NCBI GenBank assembly: GCA_965116495.1
Contig: OZ220696.1
Coordinates: 2,240,001-2,304,000, forward strand
Source: Gammaproteobacteria bacterium
GTDB lineage: Bacteria > Pseudomonadota > Gammaproteobacteria > Eutrophobiales > Eutrophobiaceae
Reading direction: 5' to 3'
Length of the DNA stretch: 64,000 nucleotides
The position numbers and the translations under genes are program-made. Below the pieces are notes generated by a model. It had not been told where the DNA came from. It made no database searches and was given only the letters and a program-made list of their open reading frames with translations. Shown in pieces: positions 1-9,638 of this stretch. Positions within the stretch are counted from its first letter, which is position 1; each line of letters starts with the position of its first letter.

Positions 1-1174
1 CTTCACCCCGGGCCTTGATGTAGTACGTGGGAAAAAAACGGCGATGATGGGTGATCACGGCGGCCTCGACCAGTCTTGACGTCCATTCCGGGTCCTGAAT
101 GAGCGGCAATACCTGCGCATTGTAAGGATCGGCAATGGGCTTGACCCAGGCATGTACGGCATGGAATATAAACGGGTCGCAGAACATCAGTTTTCTGGCT
201 TTTTTCGGTGCGCCAACCAGCTTGTCTTCCAGCAGGGCGGACTGCACGAATACGGCGTCCATGTTTACCAGCACATCAATATAATCGGACACGGTTTTGG
301 GGTGATCGATGGACAGGTCACGCGCCATGGCGTTCCAAGTGACCTGTGAAGTATAGCGTTTGATAATGGCTGCCATGATTTCACGCAGGTAATTTTCCTG
401 TTTACCGCGTTTCAGCACATCGCCTCTTATCCAGTCGGAGTATGTATTCAAGGTGGTTTTACTGATCAGTCCGTTTTCGGCCAGGTCGTTGATGGCTGTC
501 AAATATCCGCCATGCAGTAAATATTGATCAAACTCCCCGTAAATTGCATCGATAGTGCCTGCTTCAACCTCCCCGGGTTGACAAACGATATCATCAACAT
601 TGATGTCCGGGTTTTTCAGGTTGAAACACTCCCTGAATGAAAGCGGATACATGTGGAAATCCACCACCTCCGCGCTGCCGCGCCGCCCGGGAAAGCGCAT
701 GCGCGCATCCCTGATTAAACCCAGGTCCGAACCGGTCAGCACCAGGACGGTATGCTCCAGCAGGCCCGCATCTGCAGCGTATTTAACTGCCTTATCCCAC
801 TGCCGGATATAGGTAACTTCATCAATTATCAAAAAATTGACGGAATCTGTGTGCGAATCACCCAGTTGAGCCTGCATCAACCCGAGGAGGCTGTGATGGT
901 CATCGATAAGTTCGCCGGTAAAAAAACCGATCGATTGAGGCGCGACTCCCTGTACCAGCAATTCATTCATCCACTGTTTCAGCAGGGTAGATTTGCCGAT
1001 TTGCCGCCCTCCGCCTAAAGTGTAAATACCCGGTGATGCGGCAGCTAATTCATCCAGCAGTGCCGAGCGATATTGATATACCTGACGCTGCAGCAGGCGT
1101 AATTGAGGGTCCTGTTCAGCAAACCCGGCAGGGTTGTCAAGGTGACTGTTATGGGGCAGAAATCTTGGGTCCAT
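1..1174 (-). CDS. AAA-family ATPase with DUF4143-like C-terminus (3' end runs off the window)
   Basis: Manual translation from ATG 1174: MDPRFLPHN...GGGRQIGKSTLL (Walker A), LIIDEV (Walker B), VLVLTGS, FPGR, YLLHGGY, KARKLMFCDPF. Absent from the ORF track because there is no stop in the window. Confidence 0.85.
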   Translation of the reverse strand, partial: MDPRFLPHNSHLDNPAGFAEQDPQLRLLQRQVYQYRSALLDELAAASPGIYTLGGGRQIGKSTLLKQWMNELLVQGVAPQSIGFFTGELIDDHHSLLGLMQAQLGDSHTDSVNFLIIDEVTYIRQWDKAVKYAADAGLLEHTVLVLTGSDLGLIRDARMRFPGRRGSAEVVDFHMYPLSFRECFNLKNPDINVDDIVCQPGEVEAGTIDAIYGEFDQYLLHGGYLTAINDLAENGLISKTTLNTYSDWIRGDVLKRGKQENYLREIMAAIIKRYTSQVTWNAMARDLSIDHPKTVSDYIDVLVNMDAVFVQSALLEDKLVGAPKKARKLMFCDPFIFHAVHAWVKPIADPYNAQVLPLIQDPEWTSRLVEAAVITHHRRFFPTYYIKARGE

Positions 1175-1187
1175 GTGGCCAGACTGC

Positions 1188-1237
1188 CATAATGAATAAA
1201 ATTAGTCAATTATAAATGACTAAATTTATTCATTATG
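1188..1237. promoter_or_regulatory. Long AT-rich inverted repeat (probable operator) upstream of the AAA ATPase gene
   Basis: CATAATGAATAAAATTAGTCA-N8-TGACTAAATTTATTCATTATG, 21-bp arms with one mismatch, 14 bp upstream of ATG 1174. Confidence 0.6.
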
Positions 1238-1410
1238 TTGTGACTATATAGCAGCCCACCATCAACATTATCAAGGTTGGTCACGGAGTGAATTTCAGAT
1301 ACGAATCCTTGCATGGTAGTCATATACCTGGGCTGTAGTCTGCCGCTATAATCTAGCTTGGATTGGTTTCATTTTTTTCCAATATCACACAAAATATGGG
1401 GTAATAGTTC

Positions 1411-2472
1411 ATGTTTCTGGCTACGGATCATTCGACTCAGGTCACCTCCGATTTACCCCCTCACTGCACCTTTTCGGAAAGTGACTGGCACATACTGGCC
1501 GGTTTCTGGCACCCTGTTGCATTTCTCCATGATATCGGTGACAAACCTGTCGCCGCCAGGTTACTCGATGTGAACCTGGTGGTCTACCGTACCAGCGAAG
1601 GCATCACGGTGGCGCATGACCGGTGCATGCACAGGGGAACCAGGCTGAGCCTGGGTTGGATGCAGGAGGACCTGCTGGTCTGTCCCATGCACGGCTTGCA
1701 TTATGACGGTCAGGGTGTTTGTCGAAAGATACCGTCCATCGCCGATCCCGATGCGAGAATACCGGAGAAGTTGCGGCTTAAAACCTGCCGGACGGAACAA
1801 CGCTACGGCATTATCTGGGTCTGTCTGAAAGATGACCCGGCCTGGCCGTTACCTTACTGGTGCCACCTGGAAGATTCTCAATTTCAATCCATGTATGTTC
1901 CTCCAGGGAAGTGGCAGGTTGCAGCGGGCCGTCACGTCGAAAACTTTAACGACGTGGCGCACTTCCCCTGGGTCCATGGCGACACATTCGGCGGTGAAAT
2001 GGACGCAGCCTTTCCGTTATACCGGGTGGAACAGACTGATTACGGTCTCAGCTTTCGATTACCTTACCTGGAACTGGGCAACCGCTTTCCTGACGGGAGA
2101 GACGATTTGCAAAACCGTGAAGTCGTCTACAGTTACGAGTTAACGTTTCCGTTTTCCACCCTGCTGGAAGTCAATGTGCAGGAGTCCGATTATATACAAG
2201 TGATACTGGATACGGTGTGCCCTATCTCCGCGCATGAGAGCGGCATTTTCCAAATCCTGGCCGACAACTCCGGTGAGCCGGTCTTGGATAGGGTGATACA
2301 GGAAACGATAGACATAAATAAAGAAGACCAGCCCCTGGTGGAAGCGCAATCACCGGAATTTTTGCCGCTTGATTTGCGCGAGGAGATCCATATTCCTGCT
2401 GATCGAATGTCACTGGAATACAGGAAGGCGCTTGCCGGAAAATTTAACCTGGGTGCACCGGCTATAAGTTAA
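1411..2472 (+). CDS. Rieske non-heme iron oxygenase alpha subunit (VanA/NdmA-like)
   Basis: Rieske ligands CMHRG...CPMHG; mononuclear Fe motif ENFNDVAHFPWVH; distal Asp in EDQPLVEAQ. Confidence 0.92.
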   Translation: MFLATDHSTQVTSDLPPHCTFSESDWHILAGFWHPVAFLHDIGDKPVAARLLDVNLVVYRTSEGITVAHDRCMHRGTRLSLGWMQEDLLVCPMHGLHYDGQGVCRKIPSIADPDARIPEKLRLKTCRTEQRYGIIWVCLKDDPAWPLPYWCHLEDSQFQSMYVPPGKWQVAAGRHVENFNDVAHFPWVHGDTFGGEMDAAFPLYRVEQTDYGLSFRLPYLELGNRFPDGRDDLQNREVVYSYELTFPFSTLLEVNVQESDYIQVILDTVCPISAHESGIFQILADNSGEPVLDRVIQETIDINKEDQPLVEAQSPEFLPLDLREEIHIPADRMSLEYRKALAGKFNLGAPAIS

Positions 2473-2489
2473 ACCCGCGAGAAGACAAG

Positions 2490-3473
2490 ATGACCAACGA
2501 TGCAATCATGCTCAATGACTGGTATGCGGTAGCGAACGCCCGGGCACTCTCGGACGGTGATAAGATCGCAACACAATTGCTGGAACAGGACATACTTGTC
2601 TGGCGCAGTCACGGTGAGATACATGCCTGGCTGGACCGCTGTCCCCACCGTGGTTCCAGGTTGTCTTTGGGCGACATCAGGAATGGCGACACGGTCGTTT
2701 GTCCCTACCACGGCTGGCATTTTAATGCCGCCGGTCGCTGCATCTGGATGCCTGCCCATCCTGGTCACCCTATCTCGGAAAGGGCCAGGACGACCCGGCT
2801 GCATGTGCAGGAGAAATACGACCTGGTGTGGGTGTGCCTGGGTGAACCGGCCGGCGACGTACCGCTGTTTCATGGTGTGGATGAGGATTATCACCTGGTG
2901 ATCACCGGGCCTTACGACGTCGAGACCAGCGGCCCCCGGGCCGTAGAGAATTTTCTGGACCTGTCGCATTTTCCCTTCGTACATACCGGTTACCTGGGAG
3001 AGGAACCCTATACGGAAATGGATGAGTACGATGTCGAGGTGATTGACAGCGAAATCAGCGTCACCAACGCGACCGTCTATCAACCCCGGGCCAATGTGAC
3101 CAGCGAGGAAGGCACCAAGGTTGCCTATTCCTACCGGGTACTGCGGCCGTTGACCGTCATGCTCACCAAGGAGCCCGGCGCGGCCGGCGAAAAACCATCC
3201 GACTTGATAATGATGTCGATACAACCGAAGGAGGAAACCCGTATCCGCGCCTGGTTTGTCCTTGCAATGAACTATGGTCATGGCGACCCGGAAGAAAACT
3301 TCCGGGATTTTCAGGATACGATCTTCTACCAGGACAAGGCAGTGCTGGAATCACAGCGGCCCAGGTGTTTGCCGCTGGATCCCGGTGCAGAGTTACACCA
3401 GCCGGCCGACAAGGTTTCGAACGTGTACCGGCGCTGGCTGAAAGAAATGGGATTACGTTATGGAACGAGTTGA
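2490..3473 (+). CDS. Rieske non-heme iron oxygenase alpha subunit (SxtT/VanA-like)
   Basis: CPHRG...CPYHG; ENFLDLSHFPFVH; QDKAVLESQ; C-terminal YRRWLKEMGLRYG. Confidence 0.92.
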   Translation: MTNDAIMLNDWYAVANARALSDGDKIATQLLEQDILVWRSHGEIHAWLDRCPHRGSRLSLGDIRNGDTVVCPYHGWHFNAAGRCIWMPAHPGHPISERARTTRLHVQEKYDLVWVCLGEPAGDVPLFHGVDEDYHLVITGPYDVETSGPRAVENFLDLSHFPFVHTGYLGEEPYTEMDEYDVEVIDSEISVTNATVYQPRANVTSEEGTKVAYSYRVLRPLTVMLTKEPGAAGEKPSDLIMMSIQPKEETRIRAWFVLAMNYGHGDPEENFRDFQDTIFYQDKAVLESQRPRCLPLDPGAELHQPADKVSNVYRRWLKEMGLRYGTS

Positions 3474-3479
3474 GTAACA

Positions 3480-4616
3480 GTGCAGACCCGCGCGGATGAC
3501 CCGCTGAAATTTGTTATTGCGGTAATTGCCGCCCAGGTGGCCGGTGGATTGGTGACGCAGATGTCTCCCCTGGTGGTGGGCGGCGTTATCATCGGTCTTG
3601 AACTAACGGAACAACAGGCCGGTTTTGTCGCATTTGCAGAATTTATCGTTTTATCGCTCACCGCAATCGCGATAGCGCCGTTTCTGCCAAGACTGTCTTG
3701 TCGAGCACTGTGTTTCTGTGCCGCGAGCGTTGCCATTGCCGCCCAGGTTATCTCCATATTATTAACCGACTTGAATCTGATAGTGATCATGAGGTGTATA
3801 GCAGGCGTCGGCGAGGGCCTGGTGTATGCCGCATCGCTGGCCGCGGTGGCGTCACGTTCGGTCAACCCGGACAAGTTGTATGGTTATATCCAGGTGACCT
3901 GGGCAGTATTGAGCACCTTGTTGTTTACCGCAGGAGGCTACCTTACCGATATGTTCGCCCACCGTGGTATATACGGCATGATCGCCGGCATCACAATTGT
4001 CCTGATGATTTTTTTGCGCTGGCTGCCGGCCGGTGTTACGGCATCGGCTGAATCAGTCAATAAAAATCACAACGCTGCGCCGCCCTGGATGGGTATCGTC
4101 ACGTTAGCGGGAATTTTTATTTATCTGACCGCATCCGCGGCCATATATACTTTCACTGCGCCGTTGGGTGAACGGGCAGGGCTGTCAACGAACCAGATCG
4201 GCTATGCCCTGACCACAGGATCAGCCGTTGGTTTCAGCGGCGCAGTTCTGGCAACCTGGCTGAATATACGCAGGGGACGGGCCGTTCCTGTTTCGGTCTT
4301 CTCGGTTGCGTTCTCAATCATAGCCATCGTGTTATGTGTTAATACCCACCCTGTAATCTATGTGGTTACCCTGGTTCTGTCAGTCGTATTTTTCTATTTC
4401 TCTGTCCCCTACCTGTTCGGCCTGGCCGCGGCATTGGATGAGCAAGGCCGCTGGGCGGCGGCGGCGGGCTCTGCCTATTTGCTGGGTTTTGCCGTGGGGC
4501 CGGCCTTAGCCGGCACGATGATCGAGTGGTATGACTACATCGGACTGGGAGTGGCATCCGTTATAGCCACGATCATGGCCTGGATACTGTTGTTGGTGGT
4601 GGTCAGAAATTTGTAG
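3480..4616 (+). CDS. Major facilitator superfamily transporter
   Basis: About 12 hydrophobic segments; RCIAGVGEG motif; clear paralogue of 16277..17461. Confidence 0.88.
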   Translation: MQTRADDPLKFVIAVIAAQVAGGLVTQMSPLVVGGVIIGLELTEQQAGFVAFAEFIVLSLTAIAIAPFLPRLSCRALCFCAASVAIAAQVISILLTDLNLIVIMRCIAGVGEGLVYAASLAAVASRSVNPDKLYGYIQVTWAVLSTLLFTAGGYLTDMFAHRGIYGMIAGITIVLMIFLRWLPAGVTASAESVNKNHNAAPPWMGIVTLAGIFIYLTASAAIYTFTAPLGERAGLSTNQIGYALTTGSAVGFSGAVLATWLNIRRGRAVPVSVFSVAFSIIAIVLCVNTHPVIYVVTLVLSVVFFYFSVPYLFGLAAALDEQGRWAAAAGSAYLLGFAVGPALAGTMIEWYDYIGLGVASVIATIMAWILLLVVVRNL

Positions 4617-4642
4617 CCCACTACTATAGTCTGCAGTTAGTA

Positions 4643-5285
4643 AAAACTGGAACCCCCCAGCTTTGCTGCGGAGACGCGCACAGTTTGACAGTTGCGGAAA
4701 TCTCATGGTAACTCCCAAGTGTGAACCGCCAAGCATCACACGATGGAGGAACCATGACAGAGATAAGCAGTTTAAGTCATACCCGCTGGGAATGTAAGTG
4801 TCATGTGGTATTTATCCCGAAGTATCGACGGAAGATGTTATTCGGCCAGATACGGTGGGAGTTAGGCGAGGTGTTTCACCGCTTGACCCGGCAGAAAGAG
4901 AGTGAGATAGAAGTGGGTCACGTGATGCGGGATCATGTGCACATGATGTTGTCGATACCGCCGAAGTATGCGGTGGCGCAGGTGGTGAGGTACATCAAGG
5001 GGAAGAGTGTGATCCATATAGCATAGACATATATGGGTCGGCAGAGGAATTATGCAGGGTAACCCTTTTGGGCGAGGGGATATTTTGTCTCGACGATGGG
5101 TCGGGATGAGCAGGTTATCCGGGAGTATGTACGAGATCAGGAGCGAGAAGATCAACGTATTGAGCAATTGAACTTGGTGTAAGAGTTGACCCCTTCAAGA
5201 ATCTCAAGGAGCCGACAGGCTCCGTTCATTACCGCTTTGAGCGGTTCACAAACTAAAGCCCCCGGCTTTGCCGGGGGATATTTAC
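4643..5285 (+). mobile_element. IS200/IS605-family insertion sequence (tnpA-only IS200 type), inactivated
   Basis: Left subterminal hairpin CCCCCCAGCTTTGCTGCGGAG, tnpA pseudogene, right hairpin CCCCCGGCTTTGCCGGGGG followed by ATATTTAC; no terminal inverted repeats. Confidence 0.85.
4754..5182 (+). pseudogene. tnpA: Y1 (HUH) transposase pseudogene with two in-frame stops
   Basis: SLSHTRWECKCHVVFIPKYRRK, HUH motif DHVHM, IKGKS, FWARGYFVST, catalytic Tyr in EYVRDQE; stops TAG 5024-5026 and TAA 5060-5062. Confidence 0.9.
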
Positions 5286-5532
5286 TTGTGACCGTACCCC
5301 CTAATGTCGAATACAGATCCGGAACTTGAAGACTGGAAAGAACTTCCATGCCGCACCCCTCGCTCTGGCATTGATGCATTCGGTTGTCCCGGTTTCGCTG
5401 GGCTGACCGTTGGAATTTCACTGGAGGCATCAGTGCGGCCTGCATTCCGCGACGACACCTGACGCCTCGTTTGCTTCGTCGGTAGTGCATAATCTGTATC
5501 TTCGGGAGCACTATTCACTCGTATTTAAGCCA

Positions 5533-7836
5533 TTAGGGAATAGTGTCAAAGCGGACAAAAAATTCCTTCGCGCCATTAGAAATCTTGAACGCCGATTCAA
5601 GCTCTTTTGGAACAGGTACAAAGATTCGATCTTTGGTAATTATTGTTGTTGTCGGAAACATTGCGCCGCCTGTCGTGCCAGTCTCAAGCGGCTCCTTCAG
5701 TTTGAGGTCGTAATACAGGTTCAGTTCTCCAGTGCTGTCTGTAAAGATGTAGATTACACGGTGCGAGCCCCACATGAGCTTAGTCGTATGAGGCTGCCGT
5801 AGGAACTCGCCCTCTCTCCGAGCAAGACGCTCCGAGAGTGAAAGAAACATCTGAAAGCCATTAAGCTTCGAATGTGGCTCCCCAACTGTCAAAACCTTCA
5901 TGTCGCTGGTTAGCTCTAGTCGCAGAATAGGAGGTGACGCCTCATATGCATTGGCAGGTGGACCGTTATCTCCTGTACCAATAATGTCCGGTAACTCCTC
6001 CTCGACGGTGCCAATCTGATCCATTCGAACTTCCTGTCGTTGCCCGACCCCGTGCCCCGCAGATGATCTGATGACCTGTTCGAGATTAGCTTTTCCGGAG
6101 AGATAGTCAGCCAAGAGCGACTCTGCTTCGCCAAAGTCGCTTAAGTCGTATCTGAAGAGTTCCTCGTTCTCTTTAAGGCGACGATAGAGAGCGTCCCTTC
6201 CTTGCCTCGTGGAAGAAGGAACTTGATCGCGGATTTGCGGGTAAACGTGCTGCCTCACAAAATCGATCACGAACCCATGAAACACCTCCGGCGCCGATTG
6301 GTACGATTCAACGACCATACGTACCGCAGGCATATCACGTGCAAGCGAGATTTGAAGTCTATCGCCCTGACCTTCGATATGCAGGGACACGCTATGGCTG
6401 ATTGTGGCAAACGCGGCATCGACATCGGGCATGAAATAGTCATCAAGGAGGACACCTCTGAGACGCACCAAAAACATGGCTTCCTCCAGCGTAAGCTGTG
6501 TCTGGGGAAAACGCTCTACAAGAACTCTCTCCGGCACCTCCTCGACAGCCGAAATCTCGCGCAAGAAATGTAGTTGAAGTTTGCGTCTCGGATTAGCCTG
6601 ACTGACATGAAACAGGTTTGCTTCTTCACCAGAAAACCGTCGTTGAACTGTCGCGTCCTGTCCAGCGTAAAAAAGTTTAGACTTTACAGGCTCAAAGTCC
6701 CTTACGTCGCCAAGAGGCACCTGCCTATTACCTCCAGGAAGAACCGAGATCTTGATGTTCTTTGCAAGCGGAATAAGGCCATGGGAAAGAATATATCGTT
6801 GGAACTGCTGATTTTGATCTGCTGATACTGTTTGTGCGATGTCTTTTGACGCTTCAGCCTCGACCAAAGAGACGATATTATTGACAAACTGGATGCTTTC
6901 ACGGCTAAGTGCTTCCCGGCCGGCTGTAGGATTGAGGATGTTTAGGTTTACAAAACCACCAAAGTCATAAGCGCCCGAGATGGGAATTGGGGCAAGTCCG
7001 AACAAATTCCGAAAGCCGAGTGTCTGCTGGCCTCCCCCCTGCACAAAAAAAGCCTCACCCTTAATGGGATTGTTATTCAACGCAATATCCGTGATACGAA
7101 CAAGAACGCGCGCCTGCTCGTTAACGAACGTTCGAAGTATGCCAGATAACTGACCGTTAGATATGGTCCTTGAAGCGATTTCTTCAAAACCTTCAGCCTT
7201 GTTACCAAGTGTATCTTCAAACTGCTCCTGACTAATGATATTACCATTTACACGAACAGGAACAGGCAAAAAGCGGACATATTGTCTGAGATACTCTGAT
7301 GCCTCAGCCTCATTAATAGGAAAATCCGGATCAAGATCAGCCTTAATGATCGTGCCGGGCTCACGACCATCCTCAACGCGCTCAAGGTCGATGCAATTCT
7401 GTGCGATGCGCAAATCGGCGCGCTTGGCGGAGCTAATCAGTGTGACGCTGGTTTCGATGTTTCGGGACTCAACTTGCAAAGCAGTGCAGACACCGAAGTT
7501 GGCCATGGCCCCAATTCCGAATGTCCCAATTACCCCGGACCGTTGCGCAAGATCCGATTTCTTGCCGCTTGACCCTGCCTTCCAGAAGTTACTTCTCAAC
7601 ACTTCTTCCGTCATACCAATACCATCGTCGCGGACAGCTAGTTTTCCCTCACCTACGGTAATCTGTATCTCTCTGTCAGTAATCGGGAGATTATGGGCCG
7701 TACAGCGCATCAGAATGGCGTCATATGCATTCTGGACGTTTTCGCGTAAGAATGCCTTCGGAGAGTCATATATTTCAGACGAAAGAATCTGTAAGACTCT
7801 ATCGGTCGCGACATCAAATGCTATACGCTTTTTCAT
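5533..7836 (-). CDS. Divergent Hsp90/HtpG-like GHKL ATPase (767 aa) with unrecognised C-terminal region
   Basis: N-terminal FDVATDRVLQILSSEIYDSPKAFLRENVQNAYDA, DDGIGMT, IGTFGIG and GT motifs of the Hsp90 ATPase fold; remainder not recognisable as housekeeping HtpG. Confidence 0.82.
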   Translation of the reverse strand: MKKRIAFDVATDRVLQILSSEIYDSPKAFLRENVQNAYDAILMRCTAHNLPITDREIQITVGEGKLAVRDDGIGMTEEVLRSNFWKAGSSGKKSDLAQRSGVIGTFGIGAMANFGVCTALQVESRNIETSVTLISSAKRADLRIAQNCIDLERVEDGREPGTIIKADLDPDFPINEAEASEYLRQYVRFLPVPVRVNGNIISQEQFEDTLGNKAEGFEEIASRTISNGQLSGILRTFVNEQARVLVRITDIALNNNPIKGEAFFVQGGGQQTLGFRNLFGLAPIPISGAYDFGGFVNLNILNPTAGREALSRESIQFVNNIVSLVEAEASKDIAQTVSADQNQQFQRYILSHGLIPLAKNIKISVLPGGNRQVPLGDVRDFEPVKSKLFYAGQDATVQRRFSGEEANLFHVSQANPRRKLQLHFLREISAVEEVPERVLVERFPQTQLTLEEAMFLVRLRGVLLDDYFMPDVDAAFATISHSVSLHIEGQGDRLQISLARDMPAVRMVVESYQSAPEVFHGFVIDFVRQHVYPQIRDQVPSSTRQGRDALYRRLKENEELFRYDLSDFGEAESLLADYLSGKANLEQVIRSSAGHGVGQRQEVRMDQIGTVEEELPDIIGTGDNGPPANAYEASPPILRLELTSDMKVLTVGEPHSKLNGFQMFLSLSERLARREGEFLRQPHTTKLMWGSHRVIYIFTDSTGELNLYYDLKLKEPLETGTTGGAMFPTTTIITKDRIFVPVPKELESAFKISNGAKEFFVRFDTIP

Positions 7837-9290
7837 CGCCTTGTTGATTTGAGCCTTGAGCTATATTTATCTCGAATTTCAATCACTGAAGGATCAGCGG
7901 ATTCAGCGATTATAGAGATATCAATGATCTCGGCTAGTCGCTTTCGCCTTCCGACATCCCATAGCGCGTCCATCACGTGAATTGCTTCCGCTTCACTTGC
8001 GGGCGGATCAAAAGTCTTAAGAAGGGATTTTGTGTCATTGAGTTTGAGCAGACAATCCAGAAGTAATTGCCTAGAGAGCCCCTCCTGTTTGACGACAGCA
8101 ATAAGAAGATCAACCGCCTTCTTGTATTCGCCCCTGATATGTAAGTCCTGCGCTTCTATCAGCACATTCGTGGTGTCGTTCATGGTAGAGAACCGTGGTG
8201 GAGGCGGATCGTATTTAAATTCATAGTATGGATAGGCATGAGACGGAAGCGCGCGGCGCCCCCATATCGGCAAGCGGAGATTGTCGTTTTGCACTTCCCG
8301 GACATGTAAGCGTCCGGTTCTTTCGGCGGTGCTGAGTTCAATGACGTTGTAGGCGCGCCCATGTCGGAAATCGGGGCCACCACAAAGTGTTCCCGCACTG
8401 ATGACGGTGATCTTCCGTTCCATCCCATGTCGGAACCTCGTATTTAGATACTGCGGTCGGTGCTGGTGTCCGTGCAATCCAAGGCTGAAACCACGATCCA
8501 TGAGGTTTTGTACGAGGTCGGGGTCCATGTAGTCAGAACGGGCGGGGGGGCCTTCGGTATTATGATGCCAAACCGCCATTCGCAGGCGGCTAGCATATGG
8601 TCGGTGACGAAGCCGGATTCCTGCTTCGGCTATACATCCGGGGTGTATCGCTCCTTGCCTGTTGTAAAGGTCATTGTTGTAGCAGCTCGAAAAACCGACG
8701 ATAGTGAGGTCAAACTCGGGGTAGTCGAAAATGTCGATTTGCTTGGCCGGATCAAGGTCATAGGACCGTTTGCCTTTGTAAAACTTGCGATAGAATTGGG
8801 CGAAAGCGTCCATGCGCTTCATATACATGGTTTGATCTGCGATCTTGTAGAGTTTCAAATCATGCCAAGACCACCGAAACGACGACTCAGGCAAGAAGAG
8901 TTGGTCAATTAGATCCTTTTTCCCATCCGGCAGGATGTCAATAAGTTCGAGGCTCTTGGCCAGATGGTAAGTGCTCATGTCGTGATTGCCGGGTACGATG
9001 ACTACGCGTTCTCGATCACCTTCAACAAAGCGCTCAGCGAGCTGGATCAAGAAATCGGACGCCTCGTCATACTGTTCGAGCAGGCATTTATAAGGTTCTG
9101 GAACATCGGACTTGATTCCGTAAATAATGTCGCCGCTTACAACAATCAGATTAGGAGGGCGGACTTTCGGATCTTCTTCGGTAGAGAAGTGACGGCAATC
9201 ATTTTCAAGTGAATCAAGCAAAACATCATTCCGTATTGGATTGTTTCTATCACGGTGTAAATCAGAGATATGCAGAATGGAAAGGTTCAT
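7833..9290 (-). CDS. Calcineurin-like metallophosphoesterase with helical C-terminal extension
   Basis: Motifs HISDLH, VSGDI, VPGNHD, WHH, LHGHQH; stop overlaps the next start (ATGA 7836-7833). Confidence 0.88.
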   Translation of the reverse strand: MNLSILHISDLHRDRNNPIRNDVLLDSLENDCRHFSTEEDPKVRPPNLIVVSGDIIYGIKSDVPEPYKCLLEQYDEASDFLIQLAERFVEGDRERVVIVPGNHDMSTYHLAKSLELIDILPDGKKDLIDQLFLPESSFRWSWHDLKLYKIADQTMYMKRMDAFAQFYRKFYKGKRSYDLDPAKQIDIFDYPEFDLTIVGFSSCYNNDLYNRQGAIHPGCIAEAGIRLRHRPYASRLRMAVWHHNTEGPPARSDYMDPDLVQNLMDRGFSLGLHGHQHRPQYLNTRFRHGMERKITVISAGTLCGGPDFRHGRAYNVIELSTAERTGRLHVREVQNDNLRLPIWGRRALPSHAYPYYEFKYDPPPPRFSTMNDTTNVLIEAQDLHIRGEYKKAVDLLIAVVKQEGLSRQLLLDCLLKLNDTKSLLKTFDPPASEAEAIHVMDALWDVGRRKRLAEIIDISIIAESADPSVIEIRDKYSSRLKSTRR

Positions 9291-9638
9291 ATGACTCCCC
9301 TAGAAGGAGCGACAAAATCATTCTCGTCAAATGGCAACAATACGAAGATATCATGTAAGCAACCACTGTAGTATCGAGGCGAATACAGGTGTTATGCTTG
9401 TCAGATCCCGGAAACCTAGCTTGTGCCCCACGGTATCGCACAGGTTCAGATACGTTTTCTCTTCCATGGAGCGAACGTTGTCCGCCATCCTCATCTGCAA
9501 GTGGATCTTCATATCGTCGTCGAGATTGCGGATCGCTTGCCATGGGTGGGAGTTCCGTTCACCCGCAAACCCAATTTACGCGGCGATTGCATCGGTTTCA
9601 TGCAGCACCTATTACCTGTTTCTGTTACCCGCGACAGC

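Noticed and set aside
5533-7836. Housekeeping htpG
   Set aside because: Similarity is confined to the N-terminal ATPase domain; length, C-terminus and island context differ from HtpG.
9291-9638. Small ORFs between the methyltransferase and the metallophosphoesterase
   Set aside because: Several short overlapping frames with no clear SD or motif; possibly a gene remnant but not supportable.
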